Notes: generated by a model not told the origin, from the letters alone. Positions 1-10,389 are shown, counted from the stretch's first letter. The stretch is 64,000 nucleotides of DNA from Bacillales bacterium (GCA_020633845.1 JACKCW010000003.1:11661-75660), one strand, 5' to 3'. Made by a program: numbers and translations.

Positions 1-1
1 T

Positions 2-1081
2 AGTCTTTCTAATATCTTCAATTATGATAAAGCCGATTATTTAAGCGTCTCAGACCAAACGGTAGTGGTTACCCTAGAAAGAAAAGACACTAGAGCCGGA
101 TATACCAGAAGTAATGTCGAAGAAGACGCCGCGGCCGTCCCTGGATTTAAGAGGATTTCTATTTATGGTGGATCAAGTATAGGGATGTCCGTTATTTCCA
201 TTAATTTTGCACAGTTTTACCAGTCTTCTTATTCGTCAACGACCAGTTTTGGCTTTTACCCGGTGGATAAAACGATTTATGAATATACGATTGAATACGG
301 AGCGGACTCCAATACAACTAACCAAATAGTAATCAGTAAATGGGAAGCCGATTTAATGCTTGATAGTGATAACGCTGCCCAAAACGGCTATACTACCTAT
401 GCGGATTTAATAGATCAAGTGGTCACGATAAACGTTAACTATAGTACTGGTGATTCTTATACTATATCCGGAATTTCTTCTTCAGATTGTCCGGTCGTCA
501 TCTTTGACCACGATTTATATGATTCTTTCGCCTTTGCGGTTAACACCAGCACCACAATTTATATTGAAACCACTGATAAAGCGCAAATGGTCGAAGCCTT
601 AAGCGCGAAATATTCTAATGTATCCGACCCGGTAAAAGATGGTAAAAACGATTATATTAAAAGCCAGTTAAGCGCCTACCAGAGTCAAATTATCTTTATG
701 TCAATTGTCGCTATCGCTATCTTTATTTATCTGACGCTGATGATTAGAGCCAGCATGTTTAAAAAGATTAAAGATATCGGTATCTTAAGAAGCGTCGGTG
801 CCAGAAAGAAAGATATTATTTCCATTTTTGCAGGAGAAATGTTTTCTCTTACAACAGTCACGAGTGTCATCGGATTTTCTTTAGTCTTCTTAATGATTTT
901 CTATATGAATACCGCTTTCTCTTTAGAGGCTTTAGGCCTTTCTTTTGGAAAGGTTACGATATGGAACTATCTTTTAGGAATATCTGTAATGTATCTCATC
1001 AACATTTTGGCGGGTCTTATTCCGATCTTTTCTTTAATGCATAAAACCCCGGTGGAAATAATAAAACAATATGATATATAA
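2..1081 (+). CDS. ABC transporter permease, FtsX/MacB-like (5' end outside window)
   Basis: Frame is open from base 2, so the Met at 65 in the ORF track is internal. A large extracytoplasmic region is followed by a C-terminal multi-TM FtsX-type domain with an IGILRSVGARKKDII motif. Confidence 0.75.
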   Translation, partial: SLSNIFNYDKADYLSVSDQTVVVTLERKDTRAGYTRSNVEEDAAAVPGFKRISIYGGSSIGMSVISINFAQFYQSSYSSTTSFGFYPVDKTIYEYTIEYGADSNTTNQIVISKWEADLMLDSDNAAQNGYTTYADLIDQVVTINVNYSTGDSYTISGISSSDCPVVIFDHDLYDSFAFAVNTSTTIYIETTDKAQMVEALSAKYSNVSDPVKDGKNDYIKSQLSAYQSQIIFMSIVAIAIFIYLTLMIRASMFKKIKDIGILRSVGARKKDIISIFAGEMFSLTTVTSVIGFSLVFLMIFYMNTAFSLEALGLSFGKVTIWNYLLGISVMYLINILAGLIPIFSLMHKTPVEIIKQYDI

Positions 1082-1126
1082 GCAATAACGATATATTTTA
1101 TCGGTAATTTGGTATGGAAAATCATA

Positions 1127-1156
1127 TTGATTTTCGTATGTTTTCTATGATATAAT
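1127..1156 (+). promoter_or_regulatory. candidate sigma-A promoter of hppA (TTGATT-N18-TATAAT, TG-extended)
   Basis: TTGATT at 1127-1132, TATAAT at 1151-1156, with TG two bases upstream of the -10. Lies about 30 nt before the GGAGG RBS. Confidence 0.35.
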
Positions 1157-1185
1157 TAATTCACTACTTAACATTTGGAGGATGT

Positions 1186-3270
1186 ATGGAAGAATACTAC
1201 CTTGTTTTTCTTGTTATCTTATTAGCCCTAGTCATTACCATAGGCTATGTTTTTTATTTGTTTAGGGCCGTCAAGAAAATAAAAGTCGAAAATCAAAAAG
1301 CCGATGAAATCAGCGGCTATATCCGAGAAGGAGCGCGAGCTTTCCTCAAAAGGGAATATAGAGTTATTATTCCTTTTGTGGTAATCGTCGCTTTAATTTT
1401 AACCGCCCTTGGGTTTATCCCGGCTCTATCCGGAGCTGAAGGCGTCGGCTGGCAAAGTGCGATATGTTTCGTTGTTGGCGCTTCCTTATCCGCTTTAAAC
1501 GGTTATGTCGGTATGAGAGGCGCCCTAATCGCTAACGTGAGGACTACCGACCAAGCGGAAAAGAAAGGCTTGTCTCATGCGCTTAGAGTCGCTTTTTCCG
1601 GCGGTTCTATTTTAGGTCTTGCGGTAGTCGGTTTCGGTCTTTTGGGCCTTGTATCTTTATTCTTTATTTTCCTTAAAATATTTAATCTAGATGAAGCTGT
1701 CCATGTGGTTCAAGGTTACGCTCTTGGCTGTTCGATGATTGCGCTTTTTGCGAGAGTCGGCGGCGGAATCTATACGAAAGCGGCCGATGTCGGCGCTGAC
1801 CTCGTCGGAAAGATTGAAGCGGGAATACCTGAGGATGATCATAGAAATCCGGCCACTATCGCCGATAATGTCGGAGATAATGTGGGCGATATCGCCGGTA
1901 TGGGTTCTGACCTTACCGAATCCTATATCGGTTCCATCGTTTCTGCGCTTGCGCTCGGTATAATTCAGGCCACGAGTGTCGCTTTTGAAGAGAAGAATGT
2001 TTTATTCGTCTTTATCATTGCGGCCATCGGTGCTGTATCCTCTCTTCTATCCGCCATTTTTATTAGAAGTAAAACTTGGAAGAATCCGCAAAGGACTTTG
2101 TCTCTTTCTACCTATATCGCAGGACTAATTACCATTATCGGCACCTTCTTTGTCTCCTTCTTTTTCTTAGATAGTATCAGACCTTTCTTATCGGTTGTGA
2201 TCGGTCTTGTGACCGGTATCATTTTAGGAAAGATTGCGGAGTACTATACTTCAGCTGACTTTAAAGCAGTTAAAGAAATCGCTAAAGAATCGGAAAGCGG
2301 CCATGCGACTAACGTAATTGCGGGACTCGGTTCCGGCATGCAGTCAACGGCACTAACGGTCATAGTTCTTGCGATTGGAATCGTGCTCGCTTATGTATCA
2401 GACAAGAATTTCGGTATCGCTCTCGCAGCGGTCGGCATGTTAACGACGGTTGGTTCCACCGTATCAGTAGATGGTTATGGCCCGATTGCGGATAATGCGG
2501 GAGGCATTGCCGAAATGAGCGGTTGCCCGAAAAACGTAAGAAAGATAACCGATAGACTAGATGCGGTTGGCAATACCACCGCCGCTATCGGTAAAGGTTT
2601 CTGTATTGGAAGTGCCGCCTTTACTGCGCTTGCGCTTTTCATGTCATATGCTAAATACGCAAATCTTGAATCAATCAATATTATTTCCGTTGAAGTAATT
2701 TCCGGTCTTTTAATCGGCGCTATGCTGCCTTTCCTCTTCAGTTCACTTGTTATCAAGTCTGTCGGAAAAGCGGCTAATAAGATGGTTATGGAAGTGAGAC
2801 GTCAGTTTAAAGAAGATCCAGGAATATTACAAGGTACTTCAACTCCTAACTACGCCGCTTGCGTGGATATTGCGACTAAAGCCGCATTAAAAGAAATGGT
2901 GTTTCCGGGAATAATCGCGATATGTTCGCCGATTGTGATGGGTCTAATTTTTGGCGCTGAAGGCTTGGGTGGTCTTTTAGTAGGCGGTTTAGCGAGCGCA
3001 ATTATGCTTGCGGTCTTCATGGCGAACTCGGGCGGTGCTTGGGATAACGCGAAGAAGTACATTGAAGAAGGAAATATGGAAGACGAAACCGGAGAAATTC
3101 ATAAAGCCACAATAACCGGTGATACAGTCGGTGATCCTTTAAAAGATACAGCGGGACCATCAATGGATATTCTGATTAAGTTGATGAGTGTCATAGCGTT
3201 AATCATCGCACCGATTTTAGCTAGTGATGGTTTCAAGTCACTCTGGGATATAATAAGCGAATTATTTTAG
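1186..3270 (+). CDS. hppA: membrane-bound proton/sodium-translocating pyrophosphatase
   Basis: 694 aa polytopic protein. Carries the signature DNVGDNVGDIAGMGSDL and the C-terminal GDTVGDPLKDTAGPS motifs typical of V-PPases. Confidence 0.95.
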   Translation: MEEYYLVFLVILLALVITIGYVFYLFRAVKKIKVENQKADEISGYIREGARAFLKREYRVIIPFVVIVALILTALGFIPALSGAEGVGWQSAICFVVGASLSALNGYVGMRGALIANVRTTDQAEKKGLSHALRVAFSGGSILGLAVVGFGLLGLVSLFFIFLKIFNLDEAVHVVQGYALGCSMIALFARVGGGIYTKAADVGADLVGKIEAGIPEDDHRNPATIADNVGDNVGDIAGMGSDLTESYIGSIVSALALGIIQATSVAFEEKNVLFVFIIAAIGAVSSLLSAIFIRSKTWKNPQRTLSLSTYIAGLITIIGTFFVSFFFLDSIRPFLSVVIGLVTGIILGKIAEYYTSADFKAVKEIAKESESGHATNVIAGLGSGMQSTALTVIVLAIGIVLAYVSDKNFGIALAAVGMLTTVGSTVSVDGYGPIADNAGGIAEMSGCPKNVRKITDRLDAVGNTTAAIGKGFCIGSAAFTALALFMSYAKYANLESINIISVEVISGLLIGAMLPFLFSSLVIKSVGKAANKMVMEVRRQFKEDPGILQGTSTPNYAACVDIATKAALKEMVFPGIIAICSPIVMGLIFGAEGLGGLLVGGLASAIMLAVFMANSGGAWDNAKKYIEEGNMEDETGEIHKATITGDTVGDPLKDTAGPSMDILIKLMSVIALIIAPILASDGFKSLWDIISELF

Positions 3271-3277
3271 AAGATAA

Positions 3278-3304
3278 ATGGAGCCGTCAGGGCTCCATTT
3301 TCTT
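3278..3304 (+). terminator. rho-independent terminator after hppA
   Basis: Hairpin ATGGAGCC-gtcag-GGCTCCAT followed by a T-rich tract. Confidence 0.7.
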
Positions 3305-3350
3305 CTTGATTATTTATTAATTTGTAGTATAATTATTATGCGTTTTGCGT

Positions 3351-3427
3351 ACGCCCATAGCTCAATTGGATAGAGCGTTTGACTACGGATCAAAAGGTTA
3401 CGGGTTCGACTCCTGTTGGGCGTGCCA
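3351..3427 (+). tRNA. tRNA-Arg (anticodon ACG)
   Basis: Hand-folded cloverleaf. Acceptor ACGCCCA/TGGGCGT, anticodon stem TTTGA/TCAAA with loop CTACGGA, T-arm ACGGG-TTCGACT-CCTGT, encoded CCA. Confidence 0.85.
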
Positions 3428-3447
3428 GTAGCATATAAAAAAATAAT

Positions 3448-3524
<77 letters not shown>

Positions 3525-3537
3525 TTTTTTTGAATAA

Positions 3538-3611
3538 GGAGCCATAGCCAAGTGGTAAGGTACGGGACTGCAACTCCCTCATCCCCAGTTCAAATCTGGG
3601 TGGCTCCTCCA
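3538..3611 (+). tRNA. tRNA-Cys (anticodon GCA)
   Basis: Acceptor GGAGCCA/TGGCTCC, anticodon loop CTGCAAC, T-loop TTCAAAT, encoded CCA. Confidence 0.8.
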
Positions 3612-3720
3612 AAATATAATTCTCCATTTTTGCTATTTCTTTCAAGAGATTTCAAGAATGGTTTTTTTATTTTATTTATTAAGTTTATACACAATAATAT
3701 AAAAAGATGCTAATATAAAA

Positions 3721-3745
3721 TGTCAAAAAGTGTCATAATTTGACA
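3721..3745. promoter_or_regulatory. inverted repeat TGTCAAA-N11-TTTGACA upstream of the GHKL ATPase gene (possible operator)
   Basis: Perfect 7-bp arms at 3721-3727 and 3739-3745, 26 nt upstream of the start codon. Confidence 0.25.
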
Positions 3746-3770
3746 AAAATAAATATAGAACGGAGGAAAT

Positions 3771-5969
3771 ATGGTTGATATAGGAGAATTATTGTCAATA
3801 TATACAGAGTCAGACATTGATGATTTTTTAAAAAAATATACAGGAATCACTCTTAATGAAAAAAACTTATCATATGAAAAAATTAAAAAAAATTACAGAT
3901 TCATAGGAAACAGTGAATCAAATGGATCAAATATTGGACAACTTACGAGTGGAGAAAAAGGTGTAGTAGAAAGAATAACTAATGCAATTGATGCAGTAAT
4001 TGAAAACGAAAAGAGCAAAAACAACATCCTAGTAGCAAAAGATTCTAAAACAATTATTAAAAAAGCTTTTCCAAATTTCTATTCAAATATGCATGATGTA
4101 ATGAGTGAAACTACTGATAAATCCCTAGCTAAGGATGCAGAAAACTTGGTTATTCTAGCAGTAAATGATGGATCAAAATCAAACAAACCAACACTTGATA
4201 TAGTTGATAGTGGAACAGGATTATCATCATACGAATTCGAGACGACGATTTTATCTATAAACCATGGAAATAAACTTCCGAGAGATAAATCATACTTAAT
4301 TGGTGCATTCGGCCAAGGAGGTTCTACGTCATTGGCTTTTGCATATGCGACAATTATCGTATCAAAAAAAGACGATAAAATATCATTTACTATAGTTAAA
4401 AGAGTTGAGCTAATAGACTATAAAAATATGGTATACGTCTATTTGACAATAGAAAGCCATATTCCAAATGCAGATTACTCAAACTTTATATCAGAAAACG
4501 AATATTTAAATAGATTTATTAATGAAACAAAGTCTGGTACTATTGTAAGAATGGTTGAATCTGAAATCTCAAAGAGATTTAGGGATAATGAAGTGACAAA
4601 ACCAGGAATGCTTGGAGACTACTTGAATACTGAACTTTTTAATGTTGGGTTACCAGTAAAAATTATTGAAAACAGAAGCCAATATAAAGACAATGTCCAT
4701 GTCCAAAACAGATCAGTATATGGCTCACTATCAAAATTAAAAACATCAAAAAAATACGTAAAAAAAGATTATTGTGGAATTATAAACTTTGAACACAACA
4801 ATCATTCATATAGTGTAGATTATTATGTTCTTTTGCCAACAGATGAAACCAAATGGGGAAGTGAATCTGAATGTAAAACAGTATTTGAACAATTTAATGT
4901 TTATTACGATCCAATAATTTATACCGTTAACGGGCAGACTATTACTACTGAGAGGTATACAAAGCTTAATAATGCCGGTCTCAATTTTCTTAGATATAGA
5001 TTATTGGTTGTTATTAATCTGGATGTACTTGAATCGGAAAAATACAAATTCTTTACTACAGATAGATCAAGAATTATTGATTCAGATTTAACTCATGGAT
5101 TTTTAGACAAAATAATAAAGGCTTTAGCTACAACAGAAAAACTGCTTAAAATAAATGAAATTGTTGGAGAAAAATCTATAAGCTCTTCAATTGATAAGGA
5201 ACTTATTGATGATGTTTCAAGGCAAATAAAAAACGAATATGATAAATATCTGAAAACTGGCATTTTGCTTTCTAGTAAACCTGGCCATCATTATAATCCT
5301 GATATTGAAGAAATATATGAAAATCAAATAACTTCTTTGGTAATTACCTCTGCAAAACGAGAGTTTTACAAAGATGAAAATATAATTTTTATTGTATCAA
5401 CAGGAGCACAAAAACATGTCAATTCGGAAGCAGTTATATATATGTATATTGATGAAAGGGCTTTTTATGATTATAACACGGCATTTATGAACGGAAGAAT
5501 TCAATATTCAATTAATGCAGGAGCAATTAAAACCGGATCTCATAGTATACAATATAGTTACTTTAAAGACAACATTTCTTACTTGCAGTCTGACAAATTA
5601 TTATTTGAAGTACTAAGTGATAAAGCGCCAGAAAGAGAAAGCAAAAATTCAACAAAGAATCTTGATATTAATATTAAAATTATCAATGAGTCAGGTTTAA
5701 TATGCGACATCGCTAGAGATCAAGTAAATAAAAAAATTGATGTAAAACTATGCTTTGAAAATGAAAAATTGAAGGCTGGAGTTTTTGGATTTTCCTCTTC
5801 ATCAGATGAAATCTTAAGAGTAAAAAACATTATAATTAAACCCACTGTTTTATTTTGCCTTTTTTATGGTGAAAAATATGATAATATTTCAGAGGATGAT
5901 GAAAAAAATAAAATTGTTATTTCTTTTATTAGAGCCTTTATTAGCTGTTCAAACAACAACATAAGTTAA
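3771..5969 (+). CDS. stand-alone GHKL-superfamily ATPase (MORC/Hsp90/HATPase_c_3-like) with a ~540-aa uncharacterised C-terminal region
   Basis: GGAGG RBS. N-box ERITNAIDA (aa 67-75), G1 box DIVDSGTGL (aa 143-151) and G2 box GAFGQGGSTS (aa 178-187) occur in the canonical Bergerat-fold order and spacing. The gene is much more AT-rich than its neighbours. Confidence 0.7.
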   Translation: MVDIGELLSIYTESDIDDFLKKYTGITLNEKNLSYEKIKKNYRFIGNSESNGSNIGQLTSGEKGVVERITNAIDAVIENEKSKNNILVAKDSKTIIKKAFPNFYSNMHDVMSETTDKSLAKDAENLVILAVNDGSKSNKPTLDIVDSGTGLSSYEFETTILSINHGNKLPRDKSYLIGAFGQGGSTSLAFAYATIIVSKKDDKISFTIVKRVELIDYKNMVYVYLTIESHIPNADYSNFISENEYLNRFINETKSGTIVRMVESEISKRFRDNEVTKPGMLGDYLNTELFNVGLPVKIIENRSQYKDNVHVQNRSVYGSLSKLKTSKKYVKKDYCGIINFEHNNHSYSVDYYVLLPTDETKWGSESECKTVFEQFNVYYDPIIYTVNGQTITTERYTKLNNAGLNFLRYRLLVVINLDVLESEKYKFFTTDRSRIIDSDLTHGFLDKIIKALATTEKLLKINEIVGEKSISSSIDKELIDDVSRQIKNEYDKYLKTGILLSSKPGHHYNPDIEEIYENQITSLVITSAKREFYKDENIIFIVSTGAQKHVNSEAVIYMYIDERAFYDYNTAFMNGRIQYSINAGAIKTGSHSIQYSYFKDNISYLQSDKLLFEVLSDKAPERESKNSTKNLDINIKIINESGLICDIARDQVNKKIDVKLCFENEKLKAGVFGFSSSSDEILRVKNIIIKPTVLFCLFYGEKYDNISEDDEKNKIVISFIRAFISCSNNNIS

Positions 5970-5984
5970 TTATATAAAGATATA

Positions 5985-6011
5985 AAAAAGACGAGATTAC
6001 TCGTCTTTTTT
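5985..6011. terminator. bidirectional rho-independent terminator (GHKL gene / def)
   Basis: AAAAAGACGAG-atta-CTCGTCTTTTT, flanked by A and T runs. Overlaps the def stop codon. Confidence 0.7.
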
Positions 6012-6575
6012 ATCTATTTGTGATAATGGCACAATATCTTTTAAATCCTCTTTCACCTTATCGGTAAAAAGAATGCCGTTAATATGATCAAACTCATGCT
6101 GAAAAACAATTGCGAGGTATCCTATAAAAGTTTCGGTTCTTTCTTCAAGAGTTTTATCTTTATAATTATAAAAGAGGGCTCTAAACTTTACCTTTTTATG
6201 TCTTGGAACAGTTCCTGATTGTCCCGGAAGCGATAAACATCCTTCTCCACCATCCAGGTAAGTCATTTGAACTGATTCTCCTAGAATAACCGGATTAATT
6301 ATGCCGTACTCTTTATCTATTCCATTCTCATCCGGCGCGAGTATTGCGAGCATTCTCTTGCTTAAATTTATCTGCGGTGCCGCGAGACCCACTCCTGGTT
6401 TTAAATCATATTTATCACAGAGGTCTTCATCTTGAGAGCGCTCTAGATATACCATCATATCTTTTAAAGCTTTCAAATCTTTTTTTGAGACCGGTGTTTT
6501 TACTTCATCCGCAATCTTTCTTAAGGTCGGATGATCATCTGTAATTATATCTTTAACTAAAATCATCTTCATCAC
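5997..6575 (-). CDS. def: peptide deformylase
   Basis: Motifs GLAAPQ, EGCLSLPG and QHEFDHINGILF (the three canonical PDF motifs). Confidence 0.95.
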   Translation of the reverse strand: MMKMILVKDIITDDHPTLRKIADEVKTPVSKKDLKALKDMMVYLERSQDEDLCDKYDLKPGVGLAAPQINLSKRMLAILAPDENGIDKEYGIINPVILGESVQMTYLDGGEGCLSLPGQSGTVPRHKKVKFRALFYNYKDKTLEERTETFIGYLAIVFQHEFDHINGILFTDKVKEDLKDIVPLSQIDKKDE

Positions 6576-6605
6576 CTCAACACATTATATCATAAAGATA
6601 AAAGA

Positions 6606-6614
6606 TGGTATAAT
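6606..6614 (+). promoter_or_regulatory. extended -10 element (TGgTATAAT) upstream of the MATE gene
   Basis: TGGTATAAT at 6606-6614, about 28 nt upstream of the ATG at 6642. Confidence 0.35.
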
Positions 6615-6641
6615 ATGTGATAAAATGAATTGAGGCAAATA

Positions 6642-8057
6642 ATGAAAAACAGGGATTTGATGTCTAAGGGTAACCCCTTTAAAGCGGTGATTGTATTTTC
6701 GATTCCATCAATTATCGGCATGTTAGTAAATTCAATATACAATATCGTCGATAAGATGTTTATCGGAAACTATGTATCACCAGTAGCCCTGGCGGGACTA
6801 CAGGTCGTCAATCCTATAACGATTTTATGGTTTGGTGTTTTAGTTGTCTTCGGTATCGGCGGATCTTCCTATGCCTCTAATAAACTTGGAGAGAAGAAGG
6901 ACGAAGAAGCCAATAAGGTATTTAATAACGCTATTGTTTTATCAACCATAACCTCTCTTGTTTTTATGGTATTATTTTATATATTTTATGATCCTCTCTT
7001 AAAACTAGGCGGAGTCTTGCCTGAGAACTATACTTACGCTAAAGAGTACTTCTTAATTTATATCTCCGGCTTTTTCTTTCAAAGTCTAGCTTATTTATTT
7101 ATGATGTCCATCAGAAGCGAAGGCCGTCCGGCCTTTGCGATGATATCGCAAGTAACGGGTTTCGTTGTTAATATTGTTTTTGATTATTTATTTATTGTTG
7201 TCTTTCATATGGGAGTAAAAGGAGCGGCCATCGCTACCGTTATGGGTAACATTGCTAACTTTATGGTCGGTCTTTATTTCTACTTTTTCTCGAAGAAGAA
7301 TTATTTCAAAATATCTCTAAAAGATATGAAACTAAATAAAGAATACGTTTCTCAGATTTTATCTATCGGTGTTTCCAGCATGGTGCTTAATTTCTGTACC
7401 GCGATTTCTGTCTTTGTCTTCAATAATGTCTTAAAAAAATACGATAACGCTCTTTCAATTCTCGGAATCTTATCTTCTCTTGGAACTTTATGCTTTATGC
7501 CGCTTGTCGGAATCAGACAAGGGCTGCTTCCGCTTTTCTCTTATAACTACGGAGATAAGAATAATAAACGGATCTTTAAATTATATAACGCCGGTGCTTT
7601 CTATGGTATTTTATACGGAGTTATCATTTCTCTTATCATGTCTTTATTCCCGGCTTTCTTCATTAATCTGTTTGTGGAAAACGCGGAAACAGCTATTATT
7701 AGCGAGGCGGTAAGAATTTCCAGATTCTACTATGCGGGCGTAATATTAATTGCGGTTAACATGAACACTTCAGCCTTATACCAGTCGACAAGACAAAAGG
7801 TGAAAGCAATCCTGCTTTCAATGATGAGACAATTCCTTTTCCTTATCCCTTCAATTTATATTCTAGATGCCATCTTTATGTCAGAAGGTGTCTGGGCCGC
7901 GACGCCGGTTTCTGATTTTCTCTCGGCTCTTATATCATTCTTATTCTTTATTACTACCTATATCGTCTTTAAAAAGACTGGTTATTTATCTTTAAGAGAT
8001 ATGAAAAACAATAAAAAAAGCGAGGAAGATTTAGTTGATTGCCGAAATTATTCTTGA
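6642..8057 (+). CDS. MATE family efflux transporter
   Basis: 12-TM protein with a typical MATE N-terminus (PSIIGMLVNSIYNIVDKMFIG). The ATG at 6642 is preferred over the TTG at 6630. Confidence 0.85.
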   Translation: MKNRDLMSKGNPFKAVIVFSIPSIIGMLVNSIYNIVDKMFIGNYVSPVALAGLQVVNPITILWFGVLVVFGIGGSSYASNKLGEKKDEEANKVFNNAIVLSTITSLVFMVLFYIFYDPLLKLGGVLPENYTYAKEYFLIYISGFFFQSLAYLFMMSIRSEGRPAFAMISQVTGFVVNIVFDYLFIVVFHMGVKGAAIATVMGNIANFMVGLYFYFFSKKNYFKISLKDMKLNKEYVSQILSIGVSSMVLNFCTAISVFVFNNVLKKYDNALSILGILSSLGTLCFMPLVGIRQGLLPLFSYNYGDKNNKRIFKLYNAGAFYGILYGVIISLIMSLFPAFFINLFVENAETAIISEAVRISRFYYAGVILIAVNMNTSALYQSTRQKVKAILLSMMRQFLFLIPSIYILDAIFMSEGVWAATPVSDFLSALISFLFFITTYIVFKKTGYLSLRDMKNNKKSEEDLVDCRNYS

Positions 8058-10380
8058 CCTCAAAGCCAAATCCGTCGATAAACCGTTTTCTTACCTGGTA
8101 CCAAAACGGTTTTTAGATATCGTGGAAGTGGGAGAAAGATGCTTTGTCGAATTCTCCTCTTTTAAACGGATGGGGATAATCGTCAAGTTAACTGAAGACC
8201 ATGAAAACAATGAAATAAAGCTTAAAGAAATTGACGACATGCTTGATATAACCCCGGTTTTATCGAAAGAGTTAATTGAAATTGCATCTTACCTTTCAAA
8301 GACCTCTTGTTATCCGATGATCTCATATCTTGAAACGATGATACCGAATGTCCTTAAAGTAAACTACTCGAAGAAGATAAGACTTTTAAATAAAGACGAT
8401 TTTAAACTGGGATTAATCTTCGGAAATGAAGAAGTAATCGATTATAAGAAAATTGATAAAGCCGACCTTTCTTTCATCAAAAAAGCCATTGATAATAAAG
8501 ACATTGAACTGATTTATGATTTTAAAAAGAAAGAATCGGTAAAGTACGAAAAGATAATAACTCTCGAAACTATTCCGGATAAGCTAACGGCAAGAAGAAA
8601 AGAAATCGTTGATTATTTGATTAAACATCAAAACAGTTCCGAATGGATCAAAATGAGAGACGACCTCTCTTTAAGTCCCGACACCATCAAACGGATGGTG
8701 GAACAAAATATTATTTCCGTTAAAGAAAAAGAAATCTACCGCGAGATTGAAACCATCAAACCTTTGTCCGATAAGAAGGTAGTTTTTACCGATGAACAGA
8801 ATGCGGTTTTTGATACGTTAAAAGAAAATTTAAATCATCAGAATGTTTTTCTCCTTCACGGTATCACCGGAAGCGGGAAAACAGAAATCTATTTAAACTT
8901 AATCGAAGAAGTATTAAAAGAAGGAAAAGAAGCGATTGTCCTTGTCCCGGAAATATCTTTAACCCCGATGATGGTCAACCGCTTCAAATCGCGCTTTAAA
9001 GACGATGTCGCTATCTTTCATAGCGGTCTTTTAGATAATACCAGATATGACGAATGGCGAAAAGTCTTAAGAGGTGAAGTAAAGATAGCGGTAGGCGCCA
9101 GAAGCGCCGTTTTCGCGCCGTTTAAGAACCTGGGAATAATAATTATCGACGAAGAGCATGAACAGTCTTATAAACAAGATACGGCCCCTTTATACCACGC
9201 TAAAGATGTGGCGGAGAAGAGGTGCGCTCTTCATAATTGCATGTTACTCTTAGGGAGTGCGACTCCTTCGATTGAAACCTATGCCAGATGTTATAAGGGT
9301 GTGTATAATCTGGTAGAACTTAAAAGAAGAGCGAATAATTTGGGTTTACCCAAGACTATTGTTGTCGACTTAAACGAAGAATTTAAAAAAGGAATGAAAG
9401 GAAATCTTTCATCTTTATTAAAAGAAGAAATCGAAAAAAGACTCGAAAAGGGCGAACAATCTTTACTCCTTTTAAATAGAAGAGGATATGCCAATTATTT
9501 GATGTGCAGATCCTGCGGTAAAGTGGAACAGTGTCCTAATTGTAGCGTATCTCTCACTTACCACGAATATGATAAGACTTTAAAATGTCATTACTGTGGA
9601 TATGAAAAGCACGTTAATGATGTGTGTTCTAAATGCGGGTCCAAATATCTCCAAAAGGTGGGATCCGGAACCGAAAAACTAGAAGAAGAATTAAAGAGTT
9701 TATTTCCTATAGCTAAAATTATCAGGATGGACAACGACACGACGAGAGGGAAAAATGCTCACGAAAAACTATTATATGATTTTGAAACGATGGGAGATAT
9801 TTTAATCGGCACGCAAATGATAGCGAAAGGTCTCGATTTTCCTAATGTCACTTTAGTCGGCGTAATTAATGCCGACCAATCGCTTCAGATACCGGATTTT
9901 AGAAGTAAAGAAACGACCTTTGAACTATTAACCCAAGTATCGGGAAGAGCGGGAAGAGGTGATAAGTCGGGACTAGTTATTGTGCAGACTTACAATAAAG
10001 ATCACTACGCGATAAAATACGGACTTCTCCAGGATTATAAAGGATTTTTCAATGAAGAGATGAAGGTCAGAAAAATCGCTAAGTTCAGTCCTTTTTACAA
10101 TATGGCCGAAATTAAAATAAAATCTAAGGATATGAAAGAATCATATACGGAAGCTTTAAAAATAAAGAATGAATTAGAGTCGTCTTTAGAAGGCGAAGAA
10201 GTCTTAATCTTGGGTCCGATTCCACCAACCATTTCTAAGGTAGACAGTTATTATATTTTCAATATTCTGATAAAATATAAAATAGTCGAAAAGCTGGATT
10301 TAACGCTTAAAAAAATCTATGAAAAAAGCGTTAGTAATAATATCCTTATTTCCATAGATCGCTTTCCGACATCTTTTTAA
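8035..10380 (+). CDS. priA: primosomal protein N' (replication restart helicase)
   Basis: Walker A HGITGSGKTEIY, DEEH box, Cys4 zinc-binding insert (CRSCG...CPNCS...CHYCG...CSKCG). TTG start overlaps the MATE 3' end. Confidence 0.95.
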   Translation: MIAEIILDLKAKSVDKPFSYLVPKRFLDIVEVGERCFVEFSSFKRMGIIVKLTEDHENNEIKLKEIDDMLDITPVLSKELIEIASYLSKTSCYPMISYLETMIPNVLKVNYSKKIRLLNKDDFKLGLIFGNEEVIDYKKIDKADLSFIKKAIDNKDIELIYDFKKKESVKYEKIITLETIPDKLTARRKEIVDYLIKHQNSSEWIKMRDDLSLSPDTIKRMVEQNIISVKEKEIYREIETIKPLSDKKVVFTDEQNAVFDTLKENLNHQNVFLLHGITGSGKTEIYLNLIEEVLKEGKEAIVLVPEISLTPMMVNRFKSRFKDDVAIFHSGLLDNTRYDEWRKVLRGEVKIAVGARSAVFAPFKNLGIIIIDEEHEQSYKQDTAPLYHAKDVAEKRCALHNCMLLLGSATPSIETYARCYKGVYNLVELKRRANNLGLPKTIVVDLNEEFKKGMKGNLSSLLKEEIEKRLEKGEQSLLLLNRRGYANYLMCRSCGKVEQCPNCSVSLTYHEYDKTLKCHYCGYEKHVNDVCSKCGSKYLQKVGSGTEKLEEELKSLFPIAKIIRMDNDTTRGKNAHEKLLYDFETMGDILIGTQMIAKGLDFPNVTLVGVINADQSLQIPDFRSKETTFELLTQVSGRAGRGDKSGLVIVQTYNKDHYAIKYGLLQDYKGFFNEEMKVRKIAKFSPFYNMAEIKIKSKDMKESYTEALKIKNELESSLEGEEVLILGPIPPTISKVDSYYIFNILIKYKIVEKLDLTLKKIYEKSVSNNILISIDRFPTSF

Positions 10381-10389
10381 AGGAGCAAG

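Noticed and set aside
1739-3062. ORFs 1739..1963(+), 2475..2756(-) and 2850..3062(-)
   Set aside because: They are wholly embedded in alternative frames of the well-supported hppA gene. Their composition (Ala/Pro/Ser-rich) is typical of off-frame translation.
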